From positions 32,001 through 96,000 of the IMG/VR virus record IMGVR_UViG_3300036984_000039: a DNA stretch of 64,000 nucleotides, one strand, 5' to 3'. Shown piece by piece: positions 34,725 through 42,490 of the stretch. This DNA comes from a virus. Taxonomy: Duplodnaviria > Caudoviricetes. A program made the translations under genes and the position numbers. Numbering within the stretch: the stretch's first letter is position 1; each line of letters opens with the position of its first letter. The notes under the pieces were generated by a model. The model made no database searches. It worked only from the letters and a program-made list of their open reading frames with translations, and was not told where the DNA came from.

Positions 34725-35240
34725 ATGGCAAAGATCAAAGACTTCAAGACTGCTTCGGTGAATAGCAACCGACATACACAAAGAGGCTTAAGCGCACTAG
34801 ACAAGTCCATCCGCACCGATGGCTGGATCGGCGCGATGACGACCGCTGCCGATGGCGAGATGATCGCTGGTAGTGCGCGCCTGGAGCGCATAGCCGATGT
34901 GTTCGGCGTCGAGATTGAACCACTGGTTATCGAAACTACCGGACAACAGCCGATAGTCATTGTTCGCAAAGACATTCCCAATGCTGCCGATCCACGCGCG
35001 CAGCGCCTAGCCGTGGCCGACAATCGCATCGCACAACTCGATCTCAGTTATGATGTTGAAGTGCTCGCTGGTCTGAGCGCCGAAATTCTGGAAGGCTTGT
35101 TTGAACCGCAAGAGTTATCCGACCTGGGCCAGCAGTGGGCGGAGCAGCAGCCGCCTGACTTCAAGGAGTATGACGAGTCCGCCGCCGATGACGTGGAGAT
35201 GTGCACGTGCCCGAAGTGCGGTCACAGCTTTCCAAAATGA
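34725..35240 (+). CDS. ParB/Srx-like N-terminal domain protein
   Basis: NSNRHT..LDKSI..IAGSAR..LAVADNRI and a C-terminal CPKCG, typical of phage ParB-like genes preceding methyltransferases. Confidence 0.75.
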   Translation: MAKIKDFKTASVNSNRHTQRGLSALDKSIRTDGWIGAMTTAADGEMIAGSARLERIADVFGVEIEPLVIETTGQQPIVIVRKDIPNAADPRAQRLAVADNRIAQLDLSYDVEVLAGLSAEILEGLFEPQELSDLGQQWAEQQPPDFKEYDESAADDVEMCTCPKCGHSFPK

Positions 35241-36325
35241 TGGATGATTGGTTTCCGAAGGCGGAGAGTAGGCCGATTTCCCTTGAAGTAGCTTGGCGAG
35301 AAGTTGGAGAACCCGAACAGGAGTGCGATATATCGAGATTCGCAATCGGAGATGAGTGGCACAAACTTCGACAGGGGCAAAAAAGTACAAGATTTCTTAG
35401 TCTAGTAAAACCGCTACTATCTATGCCGAGTCCCACCATTACAAAGGGTACAGGCATGACACTATCTCTCGCTTCCGTTGTCCATCCTACAGAGTGCCGA
35501 AAATACTCAAGGCAGGAAGCGAAAAGAGCGACATCAATTCCGGATACATTTATCTTTACAGGATCATGGGGCGAGTGCTTAGAGCGTATCGGTAACAGTG
35601 TCCCGCCCTTGTTTATGCGCAGTATCGCGAGAAACATAAAGAGCATGATGGAAACCGGCCAACCGCTTCGCCAAGCAGGAGGATTGCAGAGGATAGCCGA
35701 TTATCCGGCATACCTGGCAGCGGCCTGGGCCGAGCACCTTGCGCCACGGCAAGCGGATGCGCCAACCGTCATCAGCACATTTGCCGGTGGAGGTGGAAGC
35801 AGCTTGGGCTACTCGATGGCTGGCTTCCGGGAACTACTGGCCGTCGAATGGGACGACAACGCAGTAGCGACGTTCAAACTCAACTTTCCAGATGTACCAG
35901 TCTATCACGGCGACATCTGCAAGTTGACGGTTGACGAGTGCCTGAAGCTGGCAGGCTTGACCGGGCCACGCCAGCTTGACGTACTAGATTCGTCGCCGCC
36001 GTGCCAGGGCTTCAGCACGGCAGGCAAGCGGGATTTTGGCGATGACCGCAATCAACTCTTTCGCGAGTTCGTGCGCCTGCTGCGAGGACTACAACCGAAG
36101 GTCTTCGTCATGGAGAACGTGTCCGGTATGGTCAAGGGCAAGATGAAGCTGATCTTTGCCGACATCCTGCGGGAACTGAAAGCGAGCGGCTATGTCGTCT
36201 CTGCTCGCTTGCTAAATGCGATGTGGTTCGGCGTGCCGCAGAGTCGGGAGCGCATGATCTTCATTGGCGTGCGAGAAGACTTGGGATCGCGCCGAGTCAC
36301 CCGAAGGCAGAGAGTAGACTGGTAA
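35237..36325 (+). CDS. C5 cytosine DNA methyltransferase in circularly permuted order (TRD-IX-X-I..VIII)
   Basis: RIGNSVPP precedes FAGGGG, SPPCQGFS, ENV and QSRER. Confidence 0.85.
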   Translation: MMDDWFPKAESRPISLEVAWREVGEPEQECDISRFAIGDEWHKLRQGQKSTRFLSLVKPLLSMPSPTITKGTGMTLSLASVVHPTECRKYSRQEAKRATSIPDTFIFTGSWGECLERIGNSVPPLFMRSIARNIKSMMETGQPLRQAGGLQRIADYPAYLAAAWAEHLAPRQADAPTVISTFAGGGGSSLGYSMAGFRELLAVEWDDNAVATFKLNFPDVPVYHGDICKLTVDECLKLAGLTGPRQLDVLDSSPPCQGFSTAGKRDFGDDRNQLFREFVRLLRGLQPKVFVMENVSGMVKGKMKLIFADILRELKASGYVVSARLLNAMWFGVPQSRERMIFIGVREDLGSRRVTRRQRVDW

Positions 36326-36738
36326 AATTACGCGATGCCTTACCTAGTGCGGATGTGTCCGGTTTGCCAAAGTTTGACGATGTATATGCTCGATTGTGGC
36401 CGCGAGTGCCGGTGCCAACCGGTGCGCGGCTGACTTCAGCCGCGCACCGCGTCATCGGGAAAGGATTCAATAGTTGCGTGAAACCCAATCCGAATATGCC
36501 ATGCTGTACTTTGCCGAAAACGCAAACTGGCAGAGGATTTGCGACCATTGCGCATTTTTCAGAACAACGCGCCTTGTCAATCGGTGAAGCAAAACGGATA
36601 GGATCATTTCCAGATGTGTTCCAAACCGTAGGGGATTATTCAACGCAATGGATGCGCATCGGCAACAGCGTGCCGCCGCTTCTCATGCGAAGTATCGCGC
36701 GGCACATTCGCGCAGAAATCCTAAGTAAAGCGCCATAA
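36283..36738 (+). pseudogene. Second TRD plus motif IX/X module, out of frame with the catalytic core by one base
   Basis: GIAPSHPKAESR..RALSIGEAKRIGSFPD..RIGNSVPP. TTG-GG(G)-ATC would join the frames. Confidence 0.8.
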
Positions 36739-36778
36739 TTTGTGCGTAACGGGGCTTGCATACGCAAGTTGAAACAAG

Positions 36779-37201
36779 ATGAGTAACCCAACGGGCAAAG
36801 GCGGCTTTGCCGAACGCAAGCACCAGATAAACAAGAAGGGGCGGCCAGCCTCCTTCGACGCTTTGCGCGCGCTTTCGCAGGAGATCGCGCACGAAGTTGC
36901 CAAGACGAAGGACGGTCAGCAGGTCGAGATTGAAGGGCACAGGGTCACGAATGCCGAACTGATCCTGCGGCTCTGGGCATCCTCGCAGGACTTCCGCAAG
37001 CAGCAGGGCTTCATGGAGATCGCTTACGGCAAGGTGCCGCAGGAGACGCGCATCACCGGCGCGGAGGGCAAGCCGTTGCTGAACATGCAGGAAGTCATCG
37101 CGCTGATGGCCCAGGCGGACAAGCTGCTGGCCGAGGGGATGGTAACGTTGACGCCTGCTGAAACCGTCCTACCCGAACCGCCCGCGGAAGTTCACGAGTA
37201 G
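36779..37201 (+). CDS. Putative terminase small subunit (DUF5681-like)
   Basis: NPTGKGGF..INKKGRP N-terminus; EIAYGKVPQ..ITGAEGKPL. Confidence 0.6.
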   Translation: MSNPTGKGGFAERKHQINKKGRPASFDALRALSQEIAHEVAKTKDGQQVEIEGHRVTNAELILRLWASSQDFRKQQGFMEIAYGKVPQETRITGAEGKPLLNMQEVIALMAQADKLLAEGMVTLTPAETVLPEPPAEVHE

Positions 37202-37256
37202 CCGTTTGCCGCCTCATGGCGACATACTCGACTTGCGCGTGATCCGCATGTCCACC

Positions 37257-38089
37257 TCATAACCCAAGCGTGACCTGGCGCGCACAGTCGGCGTGATGTC
37301 CCACTCTGTCAAGGGCAGAACACCACGGGCAAATCCATTTATCATCCGAGAAGCATATCCACTCGATGGCTTCCAGCGCAGCGCGCAGCTTTGCTGCTTT
37401 CGCTTGCAGGTCGACAACCTCGGCGTGATATACTGCATTGACCTGCCTGAGCGCGGTTTCGGTATCGCGTAGGCGGGCGACCTCCGCCTGGAACTCGCCG
37501 CGCTGCACAAGCGCCAGACTCAGCGCCTCGGTCAGTTCTGCCACGTTGTCATCACTCACGTTGCAACCTCCGTCGTGTAAACCAACCACCATTCCTGGTA
37601 ACGATAAATCTTGCGGCCTTGCGCATCATATTTGCCGGTATACTCGAAACCGGACAGCATTTGGCCGTCTGCGCCGACGAAATCCAACTTAGCGCGTTCC
37701 ATATCCGCGACAATCCGCGCATCAGCGTCCGGGCCGGTGAAGGCCAGCGCCTCGCCCTTCTGGTCTACGGAGAGCAGGACGCGTCCGAGTCGCTTCGGTT
37801 TGGGCTGCTGCGTGATAAGCTCGTAGTAACGATTCATGGTCAACTTCCTTCCTGCGCTGTCCAGTGGATCAGCTTCAAAACCGCCGCCGCTCCGTAGGTC
37901 TGCCGCGCTCGACGCAAACCCACCTCGGCCTCCGCCTGGTCATAGATGCGCGTCTTGCCCGCGCCGTCCTCAAGCTTAATCCAGCCGCCGAACAGCACCG
38001 CCGAAGCGTCCCATAGCCAAATTCCCCAATACTCGCGCATGTGGCGCACCAGCAACTTGTTACGCACTTCCTCGGTGTCCTGGTACATC
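37257..38089 (-). CDS. Three small hypothetical genes (37257-37559, 37556-37837, 37840-38089)
   Basis: Coupled ORFs with RBSs; the first has a coiled coil and CPWC..H..C. Confidence 0.55.
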
Positions 38090-38660
38090 ATGCACCTTCC
38101 TGTGTTACGCTCAGGGTACTTGCGACCCCCCACACCTTGACGCGCGTCTTGTGGTCGGGACGGATCAATTTACCCACCGCGAAGATGCGCGGTGGCTTGT
38201 CGTGCAGCAGATGATGCCACGCGCCGCGATAGGCGTTATACACCTCTCGGTCGTCACGCGGCACGGCGAGCGCCTCAAGGATTTCCGCGAACGTCAGCGG
38301 GCGCGCCTGCGCGATCATGCAAGCGAGCAGCCGCTCGGCCATGTCATTCATGGCGACTTGCTGGTCTTGGCGCACGACCTGCCGTTCGACCTCCGCAACG
38401 CGGACCCGGCACGGCATAGGCTCCAAGCGGATCGCGGCGCGCATACATACGACGCGAAACTCACAAGGCTGATTGGTTGTCACGTCGAGGCACTTGCCCA
38501 TGCCGTCCACGTCCTGCGCATCTCGCACGGCCACCAGCGGCGACATGGCCGTTACGCGCACCTGATCCGCCTCAGCCTGCGTCATGCGCCAGGCGTTCGC
38601 TTCGCCCGGATCGCCACCGGCGAAATTGCGGGATGCGCGCCAGACGTGGCTACCGATCAT
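38088..38660 (-). CDS. Hypothetical protein with possible C-terminal winged helix
   Basis: Follows promoter TTGACA-N17-TATAGT (38715-38687); RPLTFAEILEAL. Confidence 0.6.
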   Translation of the reverse strand: MIGSHVWRASRNFAGGDPGEANAWRMTQAEADQVRVTAMSPLVAVRDAQDVDGMGKCLDVTTNQPCEFRVVCMRAAIRLEPMPCRVRVAEVERQVVRQDQQVAMNDMAERLLACMIAQARPLTFAEILEALAVPRDDREVYNAYRGAWHHLLHDKPPRIFAVGKLIRPDHKTRVKVWGVASTLSVTQEGA

Positions 38661-38711
38661 GGTTCATTTCCCTCTTTCGTACGTATACTATAGCACAAGT
38701 CTTGCCATTTG

Positions 38712-38918
38712 TCAATCGGCAGTTTCGAGGTATTCCAGCAGCGCCAGCGCGCACAGATCATCGGCGCGCGCGTTGTGCTCGCGCGGCACCCACTTGATCC
38801 AGGCCCGTGCCTCGTCTAGCCGATCTTGAATTTCAAAGCACAAGGGCCGCAGGTGCGCCGCGTGAATCTGCCAGCGCCCATTGACCGTCAAGACCAACAG
38901 CCGCGAATCACTCAGCAG
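38712..38918 (-). pseudogene. RNase HI-family gene, 3' half only
   Basis: LSDSRLLV..VNGRWQI..LRPL..WVPREHNARADDL; in-frame TGA immediately upstream. Confidence 0.8.
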
Positions 38919-38949
38919 CCCTCATCCCACACGCCCGTGGGGTGAACCC
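38919..38949 (+). repeat. Solitary degenerate type I-E-like CRISPR repeat
   Basis: CCCTCATCCCACACGCCCGTGGGGTGAACCC resembles repeats of the form ..CCCCACGCCCGTGGGGGTGAACCG; single copy. Confidence 0.4.
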
Positions 38950-39000
38950 TAACGAGCGTTACCCCACGTATGCGATTGTCAAAGCGTGTGAGTTCCTGGT

Positions 39001-39645
39001 TCATCTGGCGGCCTTACTGCTCCTACCATCCCCAGGCCGATAATCAACAATCTTATCGTGCTTGCTGCAATTGCAGGACTTGCAAAGCGGCTGAAGGTTA
39101 TCGATGGTATGCGATCCGCCTTTTGACAAGGGTACAATATGATCTTGCGTGATATTCTCTGACGAACCACATCGAAGACAGACGTTCCCGTAATGGTTAC
39201 ATAACTGCATCCATGCAGACTCGGAAACGACTCCACCAGCCCCCTTCTTTCTAGCTCTCCGCCGTCTGTGTGCCTCTCTTAGCTTATCGACGTTAGTCTT
39301 CTGCCATTTCCTTACCGCCTCCAAACATCGTCCCGGATGCCGCAAGTAGTATCGTCCCGGATGCCGCAAGTGGTACAGGCGATCATTTGCTTGCTTTTTG
39401 TCGGGGTTGTTTTTCGCCCACTGTCGAGACCTTTCTCTATCCCTAACGGCTATTCCAGGATACCGTTCGCGTTGCTTCTCGTTGATCTCGTCCTTGTTTT
39501 TTGCGCGCCATTCGCGTTGATAAGCGGCATGTTCAGCCCTATTTTCCTGTCGCCAAATCCTTGAACGTTCTCTCCCGCATGGCGCGCATTTCCCGTTTTT
39601 CAACCATTCAGACGAACCACATCTAGGACATATCTTAGTAGCCAT
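39001..39645 (-). CDS. HNH endonuclease occupying the position of tnpB
   Basis: CPRC..CAPC; CLRCG..QDHIVPLSKGGSHTIDNLQPLCKSCNCSK. Confidence 0.92.
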   Translation of the reverse strand: MATKICPRCGSSEWLKNGKCAPCGRERSRIWRQENRAEHAAYQREWRAKNKDEINEKQRERYPGIAVRDRERSRQWAKNNPDKKQANDRLYHLRHPGRYYLRHPGRCLEAVRKWQKTNVDKLREAHRRRRARKKGAGGVVSESAWMQLCNHYGNVCLRCGSSENITQDHIVPLSKGGSHTIDNLQPLCKSCNCSKHDKIVDYRPGDGRSSKAAR

Positions 39646-39745
39646 TTGTCCAATTCCAAGTAAAGCGCGCAATACCGGCACAGCGCCAAAAATACTGTTC
39701 CTGCTCAGGCGTCGGGTTTAGTCGTATACGATGCGCTCTGTGCAT
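39635..39745 (-). pseudogene. tnpB: tnpB 5' stub (36 aa, not in ORF track)
   Basis: MHRAHRIRLNPTPEQEQYFWRCAGIARFTWNW matches the TnpB N-terminal HTH; RBS AAGGAGG. Confidence 0.85.
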
Positions 39746-39884
39746 CGACACCCTCCTTCTGTGCCTTCTCGCGAACGGCTATCTCGATGACTGCGGTACG
39801 CGTTACGCCCAACTTGTGCGCCAGCAACACGAGTAACTCGCGACACTCATCTGTGAACCCGTAGGTGGATTTCGTCTTTGGCAT
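39705..39884 (-). CDS. Ribbon-helix-helix-like regulator (leaderless)
   Basis: Paralog of 15529-15678 (LLAHKLGVTRTAVIEIAVREKA). ATG lies 6 nt after TTGACA-N16-TATAAT. Confidence 0.8.
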   Translation of the reverse strand: MPKTKSTYGFTDECRELLVLLAHKLGVTRTAVIEIAVREKAQKEGVDAQSASYTTKPDA

Positions 39885-40011
39885 ATTTACATTATACATA
39901 CTTTTCGCGTCTTGTCAAGCAACTGCAAACGGGGTTCTCAACTGATTGCCTTGACTGTGTAACGGCTAAAAGCCTGTCCAGCGGGCCTATAGGGTGAAGT
40001 TAAATGCACGG

Positions 40012-41013
40012 TCATCGCGCGTACCATAGGCGGCTCAACGGCACGCCGCAAGACACCAAGACGGGCGGTAGATGGTCGCTCAACTTGGCGGGTATGAAGG
40101 GGCGCGTGTACCAGCGATACGACATGGACAGATGAGAAAGATCGGATGTCGGAAGGGCCGTCGAGTTCTGCGAGCAGCGGTGCGCCGGCAAGGGCTTTTT
40201 TTCTGCGTGCATGTGGGTCGCCAAACGGCGACGGCGGGTCTGTGTGCGTGGGCGGGAAAGTTGATTGATAATCTGTCCAGGGCGTAGGTCGCGGGTTGGG
40301 AAGTAACTATTGGCAAGCTGCCAAACGATAAGGTAGACCTCCTGACAAGTGCGACGATGTTCGATGAATTCAGCCAAGCGCGTAGACGAGAATAGTCGGC
40401 CACATTCGCAGTGCATCTCGTGCGGACGTTCCGGCATATCGTGCAGCGTCTCCGGCAAGGTGAAAGCCCAGTTCGACAGGTGTTTGACGCCGGCGCGGCG
40501 TTCCCAATTGCGCAGGGTAGTGGCGGTGACGCCGAACGCCGCGATGAGCCGACTGCGCGGGATGGGCGCAGCGCGCACTTCGCGATAACCGGCATGTGTG
40601 ACGACTTCGGGCATGGGCAGCCAGCCGGCAAAGCACAAGGCGTTGAAATGGTGTAGGCTGGCGAGTTCGGGCAGCGGGATTAGGATGGGCGATACTTCGG
40701 CCTGGGCGTCGGTGGCGATCTGCGCCAGCACGTAATTGGGGTTACGCACATAGAGGCGGGCGTGCTTGGCGTCCACGTCCCACCAGATACCGTCGCCGCG
40801 CTGTAGCAGGTGTTTCGTCCAGCGCCGTGAGACACCGAATGCTTCATGGGCGGCGTACAGCGCCTCTACCTGGGTCAACCAGCGGCGCGCGCCTTGCCGG
40901 TCGTGCAACAGGGCATACAGGCGATGCTCGGCGGCTTGCCCGGCGCGCACGGCATGGCGAAAGAGTTCTGGCTGTACGCGGATGGCGGGCGGGTTGGCGG
41001 GATCGTCGGGCAA
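40012..41013 (-). CDS. Hypothetical HTH protein, possibly replication-related
   Basis: TTG start after AGGAG; RSRLIAAFGVTATTLRNWE HTH; CECG..H..C. Confidence 0.6.
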   Translation of the reverse strand: MPDDPANPPAIRVQPELFRHAVRAGQAAEHRLYALLHDRQGARRWLTQVEALYAAHEAFGVSRRWTKHLLQRGDGIWWDVDAKHARLYVRNPNYVLAQIATDAQAEVSPILIPLPELASLHHFNALCFAGWLPMPEVVTHAGYREVRAAPIPRSRLIAAFGVTATTLRNWERRAGVKHLSNWAFTLPETLHDMPERPHEMHCECGRLFSSTRLAEFIEHRRTCQEVYLIVWQLANSYFPTRDLRPGQIINQLSRPRTQTRRRRLATHMHAEKKPLPAHRCSQNSTALPTSDLSHLSMSYRWYTRPFIPAKLSDHLPPVLVSCGVPLSRLWYAR

Positions 41014-41186
41014 AAGAAAAGCTCCTGCGCGCTGCGGTGGTGCCGACTAGCCGACAGGAAGCTTTCGCACTTGCTGAGGGTGCTAGGCATTATCGGCCTC
41101 ACCGCAACGGGTAGGAGCCTCGCTTCCTGTCTACTGCACTTGTGGCATTCACCAGTTCAGCGGACTGGCAACCTTCACCTCAAGCG
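41014..41186 (-). promoter_or_regulatory. Structured 5' leader RNA, copy B
   Basis: Homologous to 11859-12035. Promoter TTGACA-N16-TATAAT at 41220-41193. Confidence 0.7.
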
Positions 41187-41407
41187 TCTTTGATTATATC
41201 ACAACCTGCCCGTTTGTCAAGAGGCAGTTTTGCGCATCACGCGGCGCGTTCCTGCTAGGCGTCGCGCAGCGCCTCGTTGAGCGTGAGATTTTGCATCACG
41301 CGTTCTCATCTCCATCGGCCCGGCTTGCCACGCACAGCGCGGCCATGATAAGCGTACCGCCGATAGCGCCGATAACTGCTGCGGCCAGGACGGTCAACCA
41401 CGTAGGA

Positions 41408-41847
41408 TCAGGCATTCTCGTCTCCATCGGGGTCTTCGTCCAGGCGCACCGGCTCGCGCAGGATGGCGTAAGACGGAGAGATCATGTAAGCATTATCCGA
41501 GAAACGCTTGATTATCATTTGAGGCGTCCAATCGACAAAGCCGCGCGCGACGAGCAGGTTTTGCAGGGTGAACCACTGCTCGGCAGCCGCGCAGACGATC
41601 TCGACTTCCGGGCGGCAGCCATATGATACGCGGGTGCGGGAAAGGGCCAGCGATTGTTGTGCGTTCATTCTACACCATTCTGTCTGAGCAGCCAGGTCAA
41701 GCGCGCCACTTCGTCGGCCAGGGCGTCGCGCTCGGCAATCAAGCCCTCACGTTGCAGCCGCAGCGCCTCGAACATGCGTTGCGCATGTAGGGTTGCCGCG
41801 TGCGCGCTGACATCCGGCGCGGGTTGGGGTTCGGTGGGCTCATTCAT
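41408..41847 (-). CDS. Two small hypothetical genes (41408-41668, 41665-41847)
   Basis: Coupled ORFs with ATGA overlap. Confidence 0.55.
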
Positions 41848-42115
41848 GGCCTTGCACCTTCCATGCGTTTCGTATCGCCTCAGCCACCCACAGCGGCACG
41901 TAGGCGGGGGCTTTGTCCGCGTCGGCAGATACGGCCAGGATCAGGCCGCGGTCGGCGGCAATTTGCAGGGCGTACTTGGTCACGCTATAGGCCGGTTTGC
42001 CCATCGCGGTGCTCAAGGCGCGCAGCGTCGGCGGGCGACAGTGTTCGGCCCAATATGCGTCGAGCGCCTCAAGCGTCTCTTGAAGGCGCACCTCGGAGAC
42101 GACGTGCCCGGTCAT
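41840..42115 (-). CDS. LexA-like N-terminal HTH protein
   Basis: YWAEHCRPPTLRALSTAMG..VTKYALQ..DRGLI. Confidence 0.6.
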   Translation of the reverse strand: MTGHVVSEVRLQETLEALDAYWAEHCRPPTLRALSTAMGKPAYSVTKYALQIAADRGLILAVSADADKAPAYVPLWVAEAIRNAWKVQGHE

Positions 42116-42321
42116 GGCGTGACTCGCACCACAAGGGGCAGCCACCAGCCGCCCAAGCGCACGCGCCGCCAGGCAATACCGTTGACGCGCTCCTGGAACC
42201 ACCAACCAAAGCTAAGTCGCATATGATCCTCCCGGCTAGACTGTGGCGGGCCAGCACTGCAACTAAGCATTCAGCCGACCCGCCATGCCGATCTACCGTA
42301 GGCTACGAACCTACTGCGCTT

Positions 42322-42409
42322 AGTATATCAGAACTCCTGTACTTTTGTCAAGTATCTGGCGGACGAGTTTTGGCAACTGCTTGACATCTGGTGAAATACG
42401 TGCTATTGT
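42322..42409. promoter_or_regulatory. Back-to-back promoters at the start of the capsid operon
   Basis: Minus: TTGACA-N18-TATACT (42351-42322). Plus: TTGACA-N17-TATTGT (42381-42409). Confidence 0.75.
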
Positions 42410-42490
42410 TGACGTAATCCTAGCAGCCAGAGCCGAGTCAGAGCCAGAGCTTCATTAGCCCTGGCTTTTTTCGTTTTGCGAGGATTTGCA

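Noticed and set aside
38919-38990. CRISPR array
   Set aside because: Only one repeat-like unit and no cas genes in the window.
39325-39373. 24-nt tandem duplication in the HNH gene (YHLRHPGR YYLRHPGR)
   Set aside because: In-frame slippage in a low-complexity helical linker; no sign of further function.
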